Shown here: positions 49,109-59,847 of the stretch, piece by piece
Position numbering within the stretch: the stretch's first letter is position 1
Layout: each line of letters starts with the position of its first letter
IMG/VR virus record: IMGVR_UViG_3300037264_004862
Span: 1 to 64,000 of that record
Origin: a virus
Strand: one strand, 5' to 3'
DNA length: 64,000 nt
Program-made: the position numbers and the translations under genes
Notes under the pieces: generated by a model
Databases searched by the model: none
Told to the model about the DNA's origin: nothing
Seen by the model: the letters and a program-made list of their open reading frames with translations, nothing else

Positions 49109-50278
49109 TCATACTCTATATACTCTGAGCTCTTTCCAATGTTTCCATTTACTACCTACTGACACCCGCAACGGGAAAACAGGATTGTTTTCTAAAAGTC
49201 CATCAAATGGTCTGAGCATGACGCCTGTAACATCTTTGATGAGTTGTGAGACCATTTGTGATTTACAGCAAAGAATAATCGAATCGTGAAGTTCAGTTAA
49301 GACACAATTAGGGTATTTTTTATGAATCTTAACTAGTGAATTCTGCATGGCATGGGCCACTGAGCCTTGCATTTGAGCATTAAAAACTTGCCTACGAGAC
49401 TCCAATAATTGCTGTTCGTTATCACCATGCATATAAAATTTACGGTTCAACATTGATGTTAGATAACCTTGGGTGTCCATTTTTTCAATAGTGGCTTCAG
49501 CCCATTGTTTTAAAACTTTATAATGTCTAAATATGTCACTATTTAGATTGAATGAATATAATCCTGGTAATACTCGGCCTTTACATTCTGCACGGCTGAT
49601 GTTATTGATTTTAGCTAGATCTGTATATGGGTCCGAATTTATAAATGATTGTTGTAGCTCAATGTCACCAGAGATAAGAGACGCAGCCCTTAAATCTGCC
49701 GAAATCCAATCAACGCTAATAAAAACATCGTAGTCAGGGCGGAAATGGGTTATACTAGTATCATTACCAGTGCCTTGAATATTAAAACCCGACGTTGATG
49801 ACCTACCAGTAATCTTGAATTGATAATTTGGGTGGATAGGGTCAATATTTCCTTCATAAATTATGCCACGCTTTTCTAGATCACAATAAACTATAGTAGC
49901 TCTAGCCATAAGTTCTTGCCACTTGTCACCGTCAGATCTCATAATAAGGTTGGCGAGCCGCTCTTTGGCAAAACTTTCAAGGAACGCCCACTCCTTAGTA
50001 ATAATTAAGTCTTCAGTTGGAGTTTCTTTTACTTTATAGTCTTGATCTAGAGGTAAACTAAGTGCTAGAATATGGGCCTTGAAGTCATTTATCGTGACTT
50101 GCTGGGTAGTAATGACATCTCTCAGATATCGCGCTTTTTCACGAGTCGTTATAGCTTGTTCGCTATTGCCTTTGACGTACATTGGATATACATCAATTAC
50201 GCCTTCATCATCTTGAACTGCGACAACTAATATTTTTGGTATCGGTTTTGATTTATCGAAAACTGTGTAGATGAACAT
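49109..50278 (-). CDS. minimal family A DNA polymerase-like protein
   Basis: TGRSS, motif A VDWISADLR, motif B RAECK...LY, NAQMQGS, motif C LHDSI. Confidence 0.8.
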   Translation of the reverse strand: MFIYTVFDKSKPIPKILVVAVQDDEGVIDVYPMYVKGNSEQAITTREKARYLRDVITTQQVTINDFKAHILALSLPLDQDYKVKETPTEDLIITKEWAFLESFAKERLANLIMRSDGDKWQELMARATIVYCDLEKRGIIYEGNIDPIHPNYQFKITGRSSTSGFNIQGTGNDTSITHFRPDYDVFISVDWISADLRAASLISGDIELQQSFINSDPYTDLAKINNISRAECKGRVLPGLYSFNLNSDIFRHYKVLKQWAEATIEKMDTQGYLTSMLNRKFYMHGDNEQQLLESRRQVFNAQMQGSVAHAMQNSLVKIHKKYPNCVLTELHDSIILCCKSQMVSQLIKDVTGVMLRPFDGLLENNPVFPLRVSVGSKWKHWKELRVYRV

Positions 50279-50646
50279 TATTTCTTCGGAATTTTCTTCT
50301 TCCTTAATCTACGCTTCAAATCATCTACCTCTCCAGGTTGCCGCATATAGCCATAGGGATCATCTCCTTTAGTTTCGAGGAGACGCAAATCCATCTGGCG
50401 CTTAGCATCGGCGCGGTTTAGATAGCAATTGCCTCTAGTCCAGCCTATGAAGGAAGCGCCGTGCCACGTACGCTCAGTTGCACCAGCGCATATAGGACAT
50501 TTAATGTCAGGCCTGTCATTCATTCCGTGTTGTTCAGTCCAGACTAAGATGCCTTTTGGGTGTTTCTCAATAGCCAACTTCTCTTTCAGTTCTTTACTGA
50601 GGAGTTTAGCCTTGCATAGTTTCAGACAGACGTAGTTATAAAACAT
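50278..50646 (-). CDS. FmdB-like zinc-ribbon protein
   Basis: YNYVC..C ... CPICAG.TER. Confidence 0.55.
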   Translation of the reverse strand: MFYNYVCLKLCKAKLLSKELKEKLAIEKHPKGILVWTEQHGMNDRPDIKCPICAGATERTWHGASFIGWTRGNCYLNRADAKRQMDLRLLETKGDDPYGYMRQPGEVDDLKRRLRKKKIPKK

Positions 50647-51951
50647 TTATATGAAATCCTGCGGTGTACACCGCATTGTTTTGTAGTTCACTCTAATTTT
50701 TACTTGTTGTAAGCTAGGCCCCTTACGATTTTTGGCGATGTACAATCTAAATTGTGGTAGTGCTAAATTATGTTCATCTTCAGTTTGATTGATTGTTACA
50801 CAATAATCAATCGGCATCATTTTACCGAATGATTGTGCTGTTTTGTTCAATCCAATTAATTCAGCCTCACCATTAAGACCATCACGGTTAGTTTGCGTGG
50901 CTGTAAGTACTAATACATGTTGAGTTTTAGCTAGTCCACAAAGCTGGGTGGCCGTCTTACCTTGGCGTAGATATTCGTCTTTGTTGTCACTAGCGTTTCG
51001 CGATAACATCAAGTCTAGATAGTCAACTATAACCACATCAGGCTTCCAATTCTTGGTGCGCTTCATCATATCAATGAACTGTGAGATTGTATCTACAGTG
51101 ATTTCTTCTGGTGGCCATTCAGCTACTATCAGTTTACCATTGGTTGAATTGTGGATCTTGCGTAGTTTCTGTTCGATGACTTCTTTACGATTGGTTCGAT
51201 CAGCAATAATCTCATCGGTGAAGGAACCCATATAGCGCAACATCGTATCAGTAGTGGAATTTTCAAGTGTTATATGTAAGACATTAAGGCCACGTTCAAC
51301 TGACATACGACCACCATGGACCAATAAGATCGATTTTCCTCTACCAGTAGGCGCCATCCACACGAAAACTTCACCACGCCCAGGTCCCCCATTATTTAGG
51401 AAGATGTCAAGGCCTATGAATCCTGTAGTCAGGCGTTCAGCGACATCGTTTACGAAAAGTTTGTCAATGTTATTAAAGAAATCGACCCCCACATTTGATA
51501 TGTCAGTAATTCTTCTTGCCTTTTCAAACACGCCTTCTAAGGTTTCATAATCTTTCCGCATCCAGGCCTGGTGCGCTACATCACCATAAAGCTCGCCATA
51601 TGCTCTATTACGCACCCATTCTAATAACGCTTCTTTGATGATCGGGATTTCCCTAAAATTGGATTTACGATGGATGACTTCAAGCACTAGATCTAAATCG
51701 TCATCCTCGGCCTTCAACATCTTCAATGCAATATCTTCTACAACCTCGCGGGTTGATATGACTCCGTGTTTCTTATATTGTTGTTCAATGATACCATAAA
51801 CAAATTGATGATGCGCTTTGTGGAAATACTTAAAATCTAAAAATTGTCCAACTTGTGAAAAGAATTCAGGCATATCAAAAGCCAATGAGATGATTGCTTT
51901 TTCTTCGTTTATGCCGAATGGTTTCTCACCTAGTATTTCGTTGTCGGCCAT
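50647..51951 (-). CDS. DnaB/gp41-like replicative helicase
   Basis: APTGRGKS, ITLEN, VIVDYLDL, TATQTNR, IAKNRKG. Confidence 0.9.
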   Translation of the reverse strand: MADNEILGEKPFGINEEKAIISLAFDMPEFFSQVGQFLDFKYFHKAHHQFVYGIIEQQYKKHGVISTREVVEDIALKMLKAEDDDLDLVLEVIHRKSNFREIPIIKEALLEWVRNRAYGELYGDVAHQAWMRKDYETLEGVFEKARRITDISNVGVDFFNNIDKLFVNDVAERLTTGFIGLDIFLNNGGPGRGEVFVWMAPTGRGKSILLVHGGRMSVERGLNVLHITLENSTTDTMLRYMGSFTDEIIADRTNRKEVIEQKLRKIHNSTNGKLIVAEWPPEEITVDTISQFIDMMKRTKNWKPDVVIVDYLDLMLSRNASDNKDEYLRQGKTATQLCGLAKTQHVLVLTATQTNRDGLNGEAELIGLNKTAQSFGKMMPIDYCVTINQTEDEHNLALPQFRLYIAKNRKGPSLQQVKIRVNYKTMRCTPQDFI

Positions 51952-51958
51952 ATCCTAT

Positions 51959-52648
51959 TTATGCTGATCCCATACAATGAACAGCTTTTAATGCTAGCAA
52001 TCGTGATATCTTGCGCTGAAGAGCAGCCATAATCAATGTCACCGCTTCACATTTAGTGATAAGTTCTCGTTCCTTGAAGAAAATATCCATCTTAAACCTT
52101 GGTTTGCCGCCTTGAGTTACTTGGGGCGCAAGTTTTTCAGTCGTGAGATCTAAATCATAAATGAATTCACGACTATTAGGCTGTTTATTTATAGTAGTAA
52201 CCTTATAAGCCTCTAAGAACCCTACATTAGCAGAATTCTTAATGAAGACTGTATCATTAATGTTATAGCGGGGTTCGTTCGGTCCCGGATTAGGTTGAGG
52301 CACAGGAATTGGATCGATATAGGTGGTTTCGACTTGACCGAGGCATTCATCAATTTGAAATTGAGTACGATTAATTCTAATAGTCAGATTATTGATAGCT
52401 GTTTGGACAGCTTCGCATAATGTGAAGATTTCAGTTTCTTCATAAAACATCTCGCGTGGCTCTTTAAGGTCAACGCGATCCCCCACGGTCTGTTCAGTCG
52501 GGGGCTTCTGTTCAATATAGATTTGATATACCCAGATACCAGGAGTCGCTTGACTCAATCCACCTATCTTGTAAGCTTCTAACTCACCTAAGGCTGCGGA
52601 TTCTACCAAGTAAACAACATCACCAATTTTAAATGTAGGGGCGGCCAT
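51959..52648 (-). CDS. protein with two tandem KOW/SH3-like repeats
   Basis: FKIGDVVYL.ESA..G.LEAYK...F.E.E..T.CEAV repeated twice. Confidence 0.7.
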   Translation of the reverse strand: MAAPTFKIGDVVYLVESAALGELEAYKIGGLSQATPGIWVYQIYIEQKPPTEQTVGDRVDLKEPREMFYEETEIFTLCEAVQTAINNLTIRINRTQFQIDECLGQVETTYIDPIPVPQPNPGPNEPRYNINDTVFIKNSANVGFLEAYKVTTINKQPNSREFIYDLDLTTEKLAPQVTQGGKPRFKMDIFFKERELITKCEAVTLIMAALQRKISRLLALKAVHCMGSA

Positions 52649-53719
52649 TTAGTTGTTCTCAACCACTAACGTATCTTCAGGCGCAGCTAGTTCCTCTTCA
52701 ACTACTTCTACCGGTTTTAATTTTAACTGGTTACGCAAAGTCGTGACAATAGCCTTAAATTGGTCTGGATTAGTATTCAAGAACTCTTCAAACTTGGCAT
52801 ATCCATTGAAACTCTTACCGTCATACTTCAGCATAGATCCTGCCTTCTTGATAATATTAAAATTAATGGCAGTATTAACGACATCGCCAACTTCATCAAT
52901 CCCTTTACCAAAAATGATATCAAATTCAGCGATCTTAAATGGTGATGCCACTTTATTTTTCACAACCTTGACTTTAACACGGTTGCCAGTGGGGGCTTCG
53001 TCTTTGCTGGTCTTAATAGATTCTAACTTCCTAATGTCAAGGCGTACACTGCAATAATACTTCAGCGCTTTTCCCCCACTAGTGGTCTCAGGCGAACCAA
53101 ACATGACGCCAATTTTCTCTCTCAGCTGATTTACGAAGACAATGGCTGTGTTAGTCTTACTTACTATGGCTGTAAGCTTACGTAGTGCCTTACTTAAAAG
53201 TTTGGCTTGAGCTCCAATATTAGCATCGCCCATCTCGCCATCAAGTTCAGCCTGCGGAACTAAAGCGGCCACAGAGTCAATTACAATGATATCGACTTCA
53301 CCAGTCTTAGTGAGCCTTTCTACAATTGTGAGTGCTTGCTCGCCAGAATCTGGCTGTGAGAAAATTAACTTATCAAAATCAACGCCAATACCGTTTTTTG
53401 CATAGTCTGGATCAAGAGCATGCTCGACATCAATAAATGCAGCCCGACCACCAGCACGCTGAACATTAGCAACCAGTTCTAGACAAAGAGTGGTCTTCCC
53501 ACTGGCTTCTGGCCCGTAAATTTCAGTTACTCGACCACGTGGGATGCCGCCGACACCTAGGGCCATATCTAGTGAAATGGAACCAGTGGAGATTCCCACT
53601 ACGCCTTTTACTACAAGATTACCTAAAATTACACATCCTTCGCCGAATTCCTTCCGAAGATCAGCTAAAGTTGTATCTAGATTCTTAGGCTCATTATTCT
53701 TTTCTTTTACCATCTTCAT
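52649..53719 (-). CDS. recA: recombinase RecA
   Basis: [58 protein letters not shown]. Confidence 0.97.
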   Translation of the reverse strand: MKMVKEKNNEPKNLDTTLADLRKEFGEGCVILGNLVVKGVVGISTGSISLDMALGVGGIPRGRVTEIYGPEASGKTTLCLELVANVQRAGGRAAFIDVEHALDPDYAKNGIGVDFDKLIFSQPDSGEQALTIVERLTKTGEVDIIVIDSVAALVPQAELDGEMGDANIGAQAKLLSKALRKLTAIVSKTNTAIVFVNQLREKIGVMFGSPETTSGGKALKYYCSVRLDIRKLESIKTSKDEAPTGNRVKVKVVKNKVASPFKIAEFDIIFGKGIDEVGDVVNTAINFNIIKKAGSMLKYDGKSFNGYAKFEEFLNTNPDQFKAIVTTLRNQLKLKPVEVVEEELAAPEDTLVVENN

Positions 53720-54177
53720 TCTCCGGTTTTAATATCTCAGCCAATTTTTTTAAAGCCTTGTCTACGTATACACGGGATTCAACTTTGAGAGGTATTTTGT
53801 GTCTCTTGCATAATTCTATGGCTTTCTCAGAGCTAATCTCAAACATTTTACTTACTACCTGAACGACATCTAAATTAGCATTACCAACCTCAAATAGTTT
53901 TTTGTCAAAAGTTTGCATACTATATGATGCAATTAATATTACATCCGATGGGGGCACTCTTACTATAGTAGATTGTTTAGCCAATATACAATCACTATCT
54001 ACAAAGCCCACTACAGTCCAATCACCTTTGGGGGCTGTGGCTCGACCATTTGGTCCAGATAAATATTTTATGTTCTTTGTATGAACTAAACGTACTACGT
54101 CAAACTGATTGAGCGTATTATATTGCATGATTAACCCGGTCAAAAGTAATAATGAGCGTTAATATAGGAAGGCATGT

Positions 54178-54696
54178 ATGGCATTGAATAAGATTGAAAA
54201 GGCTATTGTCGAAGCAGTCAATGGTATGCTGCAACAGGACGCCAAGCTCGGGCTTGGAATGCACACTAGTTCGACTGGATTTGGGCAAACTACTGATCAT
54301 TATTCTCAATTCAGATGGGAAGGCATAGACGACTTATTTACGCTGAAGGTATCAGGCAGTCCATTTAAAGATGCACTTACTTCTGCCTTCTTCACAGTAC
54401 ATAGCCACAAGTATATCGATAATCCGACATTCAAGCTTTCATTCGAAAAGGAAATGAAAGCTCGTGCTATTCCCACACATGTCCGTGAAGAGAGCCTTAA
54501 GCATGTTGATAGTATTATTGAGGATTTGTCTGCTAAAAAGCCTTCTGAGCTTGACGCAGGCTGGAACCCAAATCTCGCAGATATTGTTGATGTTACCACT
54601 AACGCCCATGACCGTAAGGCTAAAATGACCGAGCCATTCACTGGTGGCGGCCCCAGCCCAGAAGGCAAACATGATATAGGCAAGTTACCTGGATAA
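54178..54696 (+). CDS. hypothetical protein
   Basis: AGGAAGG RBS; 172 aa. Confidence 0.65.
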   Translation: MALNKIEKAIVEAVNGMLQQDAKLGLGMHTSSTGFGQTTDHYSQFRWEGIDDLFTLKVSGSPFKDALTSAFFTVHSHKYIDNPTFKLSFEKEMKARAIPTHVREESLKHVDSIIEDLSAKKPSELDAGWNPNLADIVDVTTNAHDRKAKMTEPFTGGGPSPEGKHDIGKLPG

Positions 54697-54698
54697 CA

Positions 54699-55418
54699 AT
54701 GTTAACAACAGCACATTGTATTGCTTGCGGTAAAATTCTCAGAATAGATCCTGAGAAAGAACAGGCTATGTGTCCAAAATGCCTAGGAAAAGTACACCAA
54801 CCAGGGCTTCAACAAAAACCAGAATTGAAAGATTTAGCACTTATGGCTAGACCAGATATGAAACTTTCTGTCGAAAACGCCATCTATCGCCTGACGACTG
54901 AATCGGACACTAAACGCAATTTAGGGTCGTACCTCAGTTGTCTCTATAAGATTCTGGCGTCGGCTGGAATTAGAGGTAACGTGAATGAATGGTGCCAGCG
55001 TGTAGGTGCGGATAAGTTCCACGAAGGCGTCAAGAATAATATTTTGGTTCAAGAAGACCAAACATATGGTGATGACATGGAACATCGTGGGGAAGGCTAT
55101 CTTATTAAAGAACAACCACCTCAGGCGCCTGTGCCAACACCAGATGACCTCTCGGTTGATAAAATTATTAGAATGGGGCAAAGCACTCTTACAGCACAAA
55201 TTAGCTATCATGGCCAAACAGGACTATTAAGAATTCAACGTTTGGGTGATAGAGAAGAGTGGACAACTGATAACCTAGATATGATTGACCCAGAATTCTG
55301 TGGACGTCTCACTCAAATTGAGTCAGAAATGCATTCGATGTCTTATCCACGTAGCGCCATAGAACCTGATATTGGGTCATTGAAATATCATCTCAGGTCG
55401 AAGTGTTCTACTCTATGA
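54699..55418 (+). CDS. hypothetical protein with N-terminal Zn ribbon
   Basis: CIAC...CPKC. Confidence 0.65.
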   Translation: MLTTAHCIACGKILRIDPEKEQAMCPKCLGKVHQPGLQQKPELKDLALMARPDMKLSVENAIYRLTTESDTKRNLGSYLSCLYKILASAGIRGNVNEWCQRVGADKFHEGVKNNILVQEDQTYGDDMEHRGEGYLIKEQPPQAPVPTPDDLSVDKIIRMGQSTLTAQISYHGQTGLLRIQRLGDREEWTTDNLDMIDPEFCGRLTQIESEMHSMSYPRSAIEPDIGSLKYHLRSKCSTL

Positions 55419-55613
55419 AGCTTAAATTCTTACACGAAAGCCTTGAAGATAATATTAAGAAACAATTAGGGCTAGCTTACTTTAAGAAGTTAGAAGACCC
55501 AAACCGTTTGAGCTCGTTAGATAGACTCAATCAAAACCAGCCTGAACGCTCTGGCAACCAAGATACTCCGTTAACACCTCGGCTACGTCGTTTCTTCAAC
55601 GCTCCTACTGGAG

Positions 55614-56120
55614 CTACTGTTGGGAAGATTGGATTCCAAGATAACGACGATGCCGAATCAAAGCACGCCCGTGATAGTTCTTTAGATGATGAGAAAGTTT
55701 CGTCTCTCGATTATCCGAAGGACGAAGATGAATTAGAGAAAGAAATCTCTGTGCGTGCTCGTAAAGAATTCGGATACCTCGCCGTAGCCGGAGCCAAACC
55801 CCATCTACAGTTATAGGAATTGTATCAGGATATAAGTCCCAATATCTAAGTTCAGTGTGGTCCAAATGTTCGCCTAACTTTTCCAGCATATCCTGATTAT
55901 ATATATTTAAACTGTTGGAGTACCAACCAGATGGGGTTGGTATCCAGCAAACGACATCATTAGATTTTGTATAAATATGGACCACTGATTCATATGTGGA
56001 CTTGAATTTCCTACCAATGCGACGAATATAGCGGATATCATTTGTAGTTGACTCAACAACTTCATAATTAAAACCACTTTCAAGGAGCCAATCCGCTAAG
56101 AGTTGGTGTAGTTTAATCAT
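55614..56120 (-). CDS. LIxxWL family protein (outlier)
   Basis: QLLADWLLESG ... NIYNQDMLEKL. Confidence 0.55.
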   Translation of the reverse strand: MIKLHQLLADWLLESGFNYEVVESTTNDIRYIRRIGRKFKSTYESVVHIYTKSNDVVCWIPTPSGWYSNSLNIYNQDMLEKLGEHLDHTELRYWDLYPDTIPITVDGVWLRLRRGIRILYEHAQRFLSLIHLRPSDNRETKLSHHLKNYHGRALIRHRRYLGIQSSQQ

Positions 56121-56884
56121 TAAATAGTACCAGTACCGCCGCATTTAACGCACTGTTGATTATTGATCTTGGTGATGCCACACCCTTTACAGAGCGGACA
56201 TTCACGAGCACTATAACCGCCTGCCATCAAGGCACGCTCACATGCACTTTTAGATACTATACTGGCTTGAACAGCCTGCTTAAGGCGTGCCTGTAGAGCT
56301 TTATCGCCACCTGTGTTTACGATAGTGACATCAGTCGTGCCAGTATTGCCAACCACTTTCTTAGGGATAACCATTGGCTTACCATCACGACCCATGATGA
56401 CTTGTTCTTCATGTTCAGTAACAATAGGAGCTTCAATGGTACCTTTTTTAGTTTGCATAGATTGGGTTGTATCATATGACTGATGAGATCCAAGGTCCAT
56501 ATCTTGACCAGTAGATGTTTTAGCGACAGTAGGCACAACAATTGGCATGATCTTCTTGGCCCTCACTGTTGGTGCAAAAAGCTTTGGACTATCTTGGTCG
56601 ACTGACGGTGCCGGAGAGGGCGATGGCGTTGGTATTGCCTTAGCTGCTTCAATAAGACCACCTTTACCCATAGGAACCAAAGTATAGCCTAATTCTTTAG
56701 CTTGCTTCTCAAATTCTTCAATCATTAAATTCTTTTTTTCGACTAATTCCCGCACTTTCTTAGGGGAAGCGTCATCTTCGTGTTCATTACAAATCCAAAC
56801 AGTTGAGATACCTTTGGAAGTGGTGACTTGCATTGAAATAGTAAGATCTTCTACCTTACTACAGAATATACACTGATTCGCCAT
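56120..56884 (-). CDS. hypothetical protein with terminal Zn fingers
   Basis: CIFC...CNEH; DnaJ-like CPLCKGCG...CVKCGGTG; AGGAG RBS. Confidence 0.7.
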   Translation of the reverse strand: MANQCIFCSKVEDLTISMQVTTSKGISTVWICNEHEDDASPKKVRELVEKKNLMIEEFEKQAKELGYTLVPMGKGGLIEAAKAIPTPSPSPAPSVDQDSPKLFAPTVRAKKIMPIVVPTVAKTSTGQDMDLGSHQSYDTTQSMQTKKGTIEAPIVTEHEEQVIMGRDGKPMVIPKKVVGNTGTTDVTIVNTGGDKALQARLKQAVQASIVSKSACERALMAGGYSARECPLCKGCGITKINNQQCVKCGGTGTI

Positions 56885-57385
56885 AACTACTCCTTTTTAC
56901 GTACTTAAAGTATGACCAACTCCAAAAAGAAGATCGAAATTTACAATGTAGATTTGGACATAAATTTAGATAACGAAATTAAAAAACATGCTACTCTAGA
57001 TACCGATACTAAAGATAGGATAGCCAGCATAATAAATATTGCTCGTGAGCGAGCTAAAAAGCCAATTGATCCTGAAGAGCTTATCTGGAATGAGAAATTT
57101 GAGAAATTGTTTGTCATTATTACTAATAACCCATATTTAGCTGCCACTAAGCAAATTACTATGGACATTTTAAGTATTTCGGCCCCAGACTTAGGTAAGA
57201 TCATTGCGAAATTTAAAAAGTTCCTAAGAGTTAACAAGGACAACAAATGGTCATTGATTATCGGCCAAGACAATAAAAATGAGCGTATTTATAGTTTAAA
57301 GAGGTCTATATGAGCGAGCAACCTAAAGTAGTTCTTAAGAAAACGTCCCGTAAAGGTATTGAGATTGGTACTAAGGTAAAACAGA

Positions 57386-58102
57386 TTAGGAAGCCTGAGG
57401 TGCCGATCGTTGTACCTCAGAGGAAGAAATCCTTATAATCAGCTCACATATCGCTTTGATGTCTGCTTCAAATCGTGTCTTCCTACCTGGGTCAGCCATA
57501 TTCTGAGGTGATGGGTGGTAAATTGGGTAGACATTTACATCAAATTTCTCAGATTTCAAGAATTTACCAAGATTTGCAGAGAAGGTCAACTTGGGACAAA
57601 GCGCTTCGAAAGCTACTGCACCTAGCGCTATTACGAATTTGGGTCTAATGGTTTTGATCTCAATTTGTAAAAAAGCCTGGCACGCATCAAACTCGTCGCC
57701 TTCAGGTTTACGATTTTCAGGCGTATGACATTTAACGGCATTAGTAATATAGAACACTTCACGTTGTACACCAAATTTGGCAAGTGCCTGGTTAAAAAAT
57801 TCGCCTGCTTCTCCCACGAAAGGCTCATCTTTCATACACTCATTAAAACCAGGATTCTGACCAACCACCATAAACTTAGTGGGATTCATGTTACTGAATA
57901 CATGATGATCGGATATAGGTTTTCCATTATGCTCATGGTCCATTCTACCCAAACGGCACATTCGACATTCTTTACAAGTGGCTTTTAAAGGCCGCAAAGT
58001 TTTGAGGAGTTGATTTTGTTCATCGGTCATAGGTCGCCTTTCGGACCAATCATAGTAGATGATATCACGAATTACTTGATCATGATTGGCATCGTAGATC
58101 AT
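57386..58102 (-). CDS. family 4 uracil-DNA glycosylase (4Fe-4S)
   Basis: CKECRMC.L, VGQNPG, PFVG.AG, TNAVKC, HPSP. Confidence 0.9.
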   Translation of the reverse strand: MIYDANHDQVIRDIIYYDWSERRPMTDEQNQLLKTLRPLKATCKECRMCRLGRMDHEHNGKPISDHHVFSNMNPTKFMVVGQNPGFNECMKDEPFVGEAGEFFNQALAKFGVQREVFYITNAVKCHTPENRKPEGDEFDACQAFLQIEIKTIRPKFVIALGAVAFEALCPKLTFSANLGKFLKSEKFDVNVYPIYHPSPQNMADPGRKTRFEADIKAICELIIRISSSEVQRSAPQAS

Positions 58103-59016
58103 ATACTACGCAGTTTTAACAATCTTCTTATTGATGCACCAACATCCATGAAATAGTCCCATTGTCCATGCTGGCCAACAGGATAAATACCTACTTTTTC
58201 TAAATCATTAAGTTTAGGTGGTGTGCCAACCGGAAATGCTTTCTGCATATTAGTGGCATTTATGACATCTAATCTACTGTTCGTGAATGCACCAAGATAT
58301 GACATTGGATTTCCAAGATCACACCTACAATGGAAAACATATTGATCCCCAGACACTCTATCGACTTTAAAGAAATCGAAAGCTGTATCAGCAACAAAAA
58401 CCTGTTGTGCACCTTCAAAGTTCAATGCCGGTGTAGCGATATGGTAATACCAAACATCAACCGCTGGAAGGCTGTGTGTTTCACCTATAAAATCTAACAA
58501 TGCATCTAGGGGAATAGTACTTATTATCTTGTTATATTCGTACGTTCCTGTAGATGTTTGGATTGTATGGTCTTGGTACGAAATTTTACTAACGGTGCCA
58601 TATTGTTGACGAGCTTTATCAATTTCTAATTTATAACGTGTTTGTAATGAACTATAAATTTCAGTAGCAGTAACATGTTTATAAACATTTAATTCAAGAC
58701 GCAATAGCATCTTAGCTGCTGGATGTATATTGTCGCCAAACAATTTAGAAATATATGCATCTTTCGCAAACGATGCATCAGCAAACAGCAACTGCCCACC
58801 ATATGAACTGGCTCTGAATAATCTATCAGTTTTAGGGATGGCTGTAAATTCTCTTATAATTGGATCGATTGAATCATGAGCAACGATAAAATTATCTGCC
58901 GTAGGTGGATTAAATGAATAGAAACGTGATCTACCAAATGGTATCAGCTGCCAGTTCTCACCTAATATAGATTTAGCTAGGAGGCCAGTTATTCCACTAC
59001 CTAATATGAAGTTCAC
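58099..59016 (-). CDS. FAD/NAD-binding oxidoreductase (UDP-galactopyranose mutase/HemY-like fold)
   Basis: ILGSGITGL, IISTIPL, VGQHGQW.Y. Confidence 0.65.
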   Translation of the reverse strand: MNFILGSGITGLLAKSILGENWQLIPFGRSRFYSFNPPTADNFIVAHDSIDPIIREFTAIPKTDRLFRASSYGGQLLFADASFAKDAYISKLFGDNIHPAAKMLLRLELNVYKHVTATEIYSSLQTRYKLEIDKARQQYGTVSKISYQDHTIQTSTGTYEYNKIISTIPLDALLDFIGETHSLPAVDVWYYHIATPALNFEGAQQVFVADTAFDFFKVDRVSGDQYVFHCRCDLGNPMSYLGAFTNSRLDVINATNMQKAFPVGTPPKLNDLEKVGIYPVGQHGQWDYFMDVGASIRRLLKLRSI

Positions 59017-59847
59017 AGAATGTAGTTATCAGTTGAGATCCGACCCTCTGCAATTGGATCCACAAATGGGCCAGTACCTTCAATTGAAGCAGGTGCTTTT
59101 AGGTGCAAAATAATCTCGGGCGGAGCGGCCATTTCTTGTTCGATAGTCTGAACTTGTGGCATTGATGCAGGTGTACAAGACTTGCACTCTGGGCACTTTA
59201 AATCGACACCATCATATAAATCTGCAGGGCTAAATTTAATCAATTGAGCACAATGAGGACAAGTCGTCATATATTTAGATGGTTTGGCTGGATCTCCAGA
59301 CGAATCACGACCAAAAGAGTCAATAGGAACCTTTTCCCACTCGATTGGACGCGCTTGAACCGACTCTTCTTTAATGATTATAGTTATAAGATCGAAAGTA
59401 ACATTACTCATGACCAGTCTCCTTTACTCTTTGCGGCTTTTCTGGTTTCCATTGCCATATTTGCAAATTGGCCGAAACAAGTATCGTCTGCATTAAAATC
59501 CATATAATTACGGGAAACCTTGGGCTTCTCTACATTACGGTCAACATCCACTCTATGTATCAACATCCTATGATAATTAAACTTGCCCCTTAGGACTGCA
59601 GTACAGAAATCACATTTGATAGTATTTGGCGATATAGCCTTAGCTATGTTTTGTTTAACCTTATCTTCAGCATTAGTATAGCATTTTTCACAAACATCGA
59701 CATCAAGGTCTTTAGCACCCTGAACAACTCGCAAAACCGCAGAGTCAACCGAAACAATACTAGATTCAAATGAATAATAAATGAATTGGTCCTTGTAGGT
59801 CGTTCCACAAATATCACAACAAATACCGTCTTTAGTCTTTAATAGCA

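Noticed and set aside
57386-58102. UdgX (covalent-binding UDG)
   Set aside because: Lacks the KRRIH loop; looks like an ordinary family 4 UDG.
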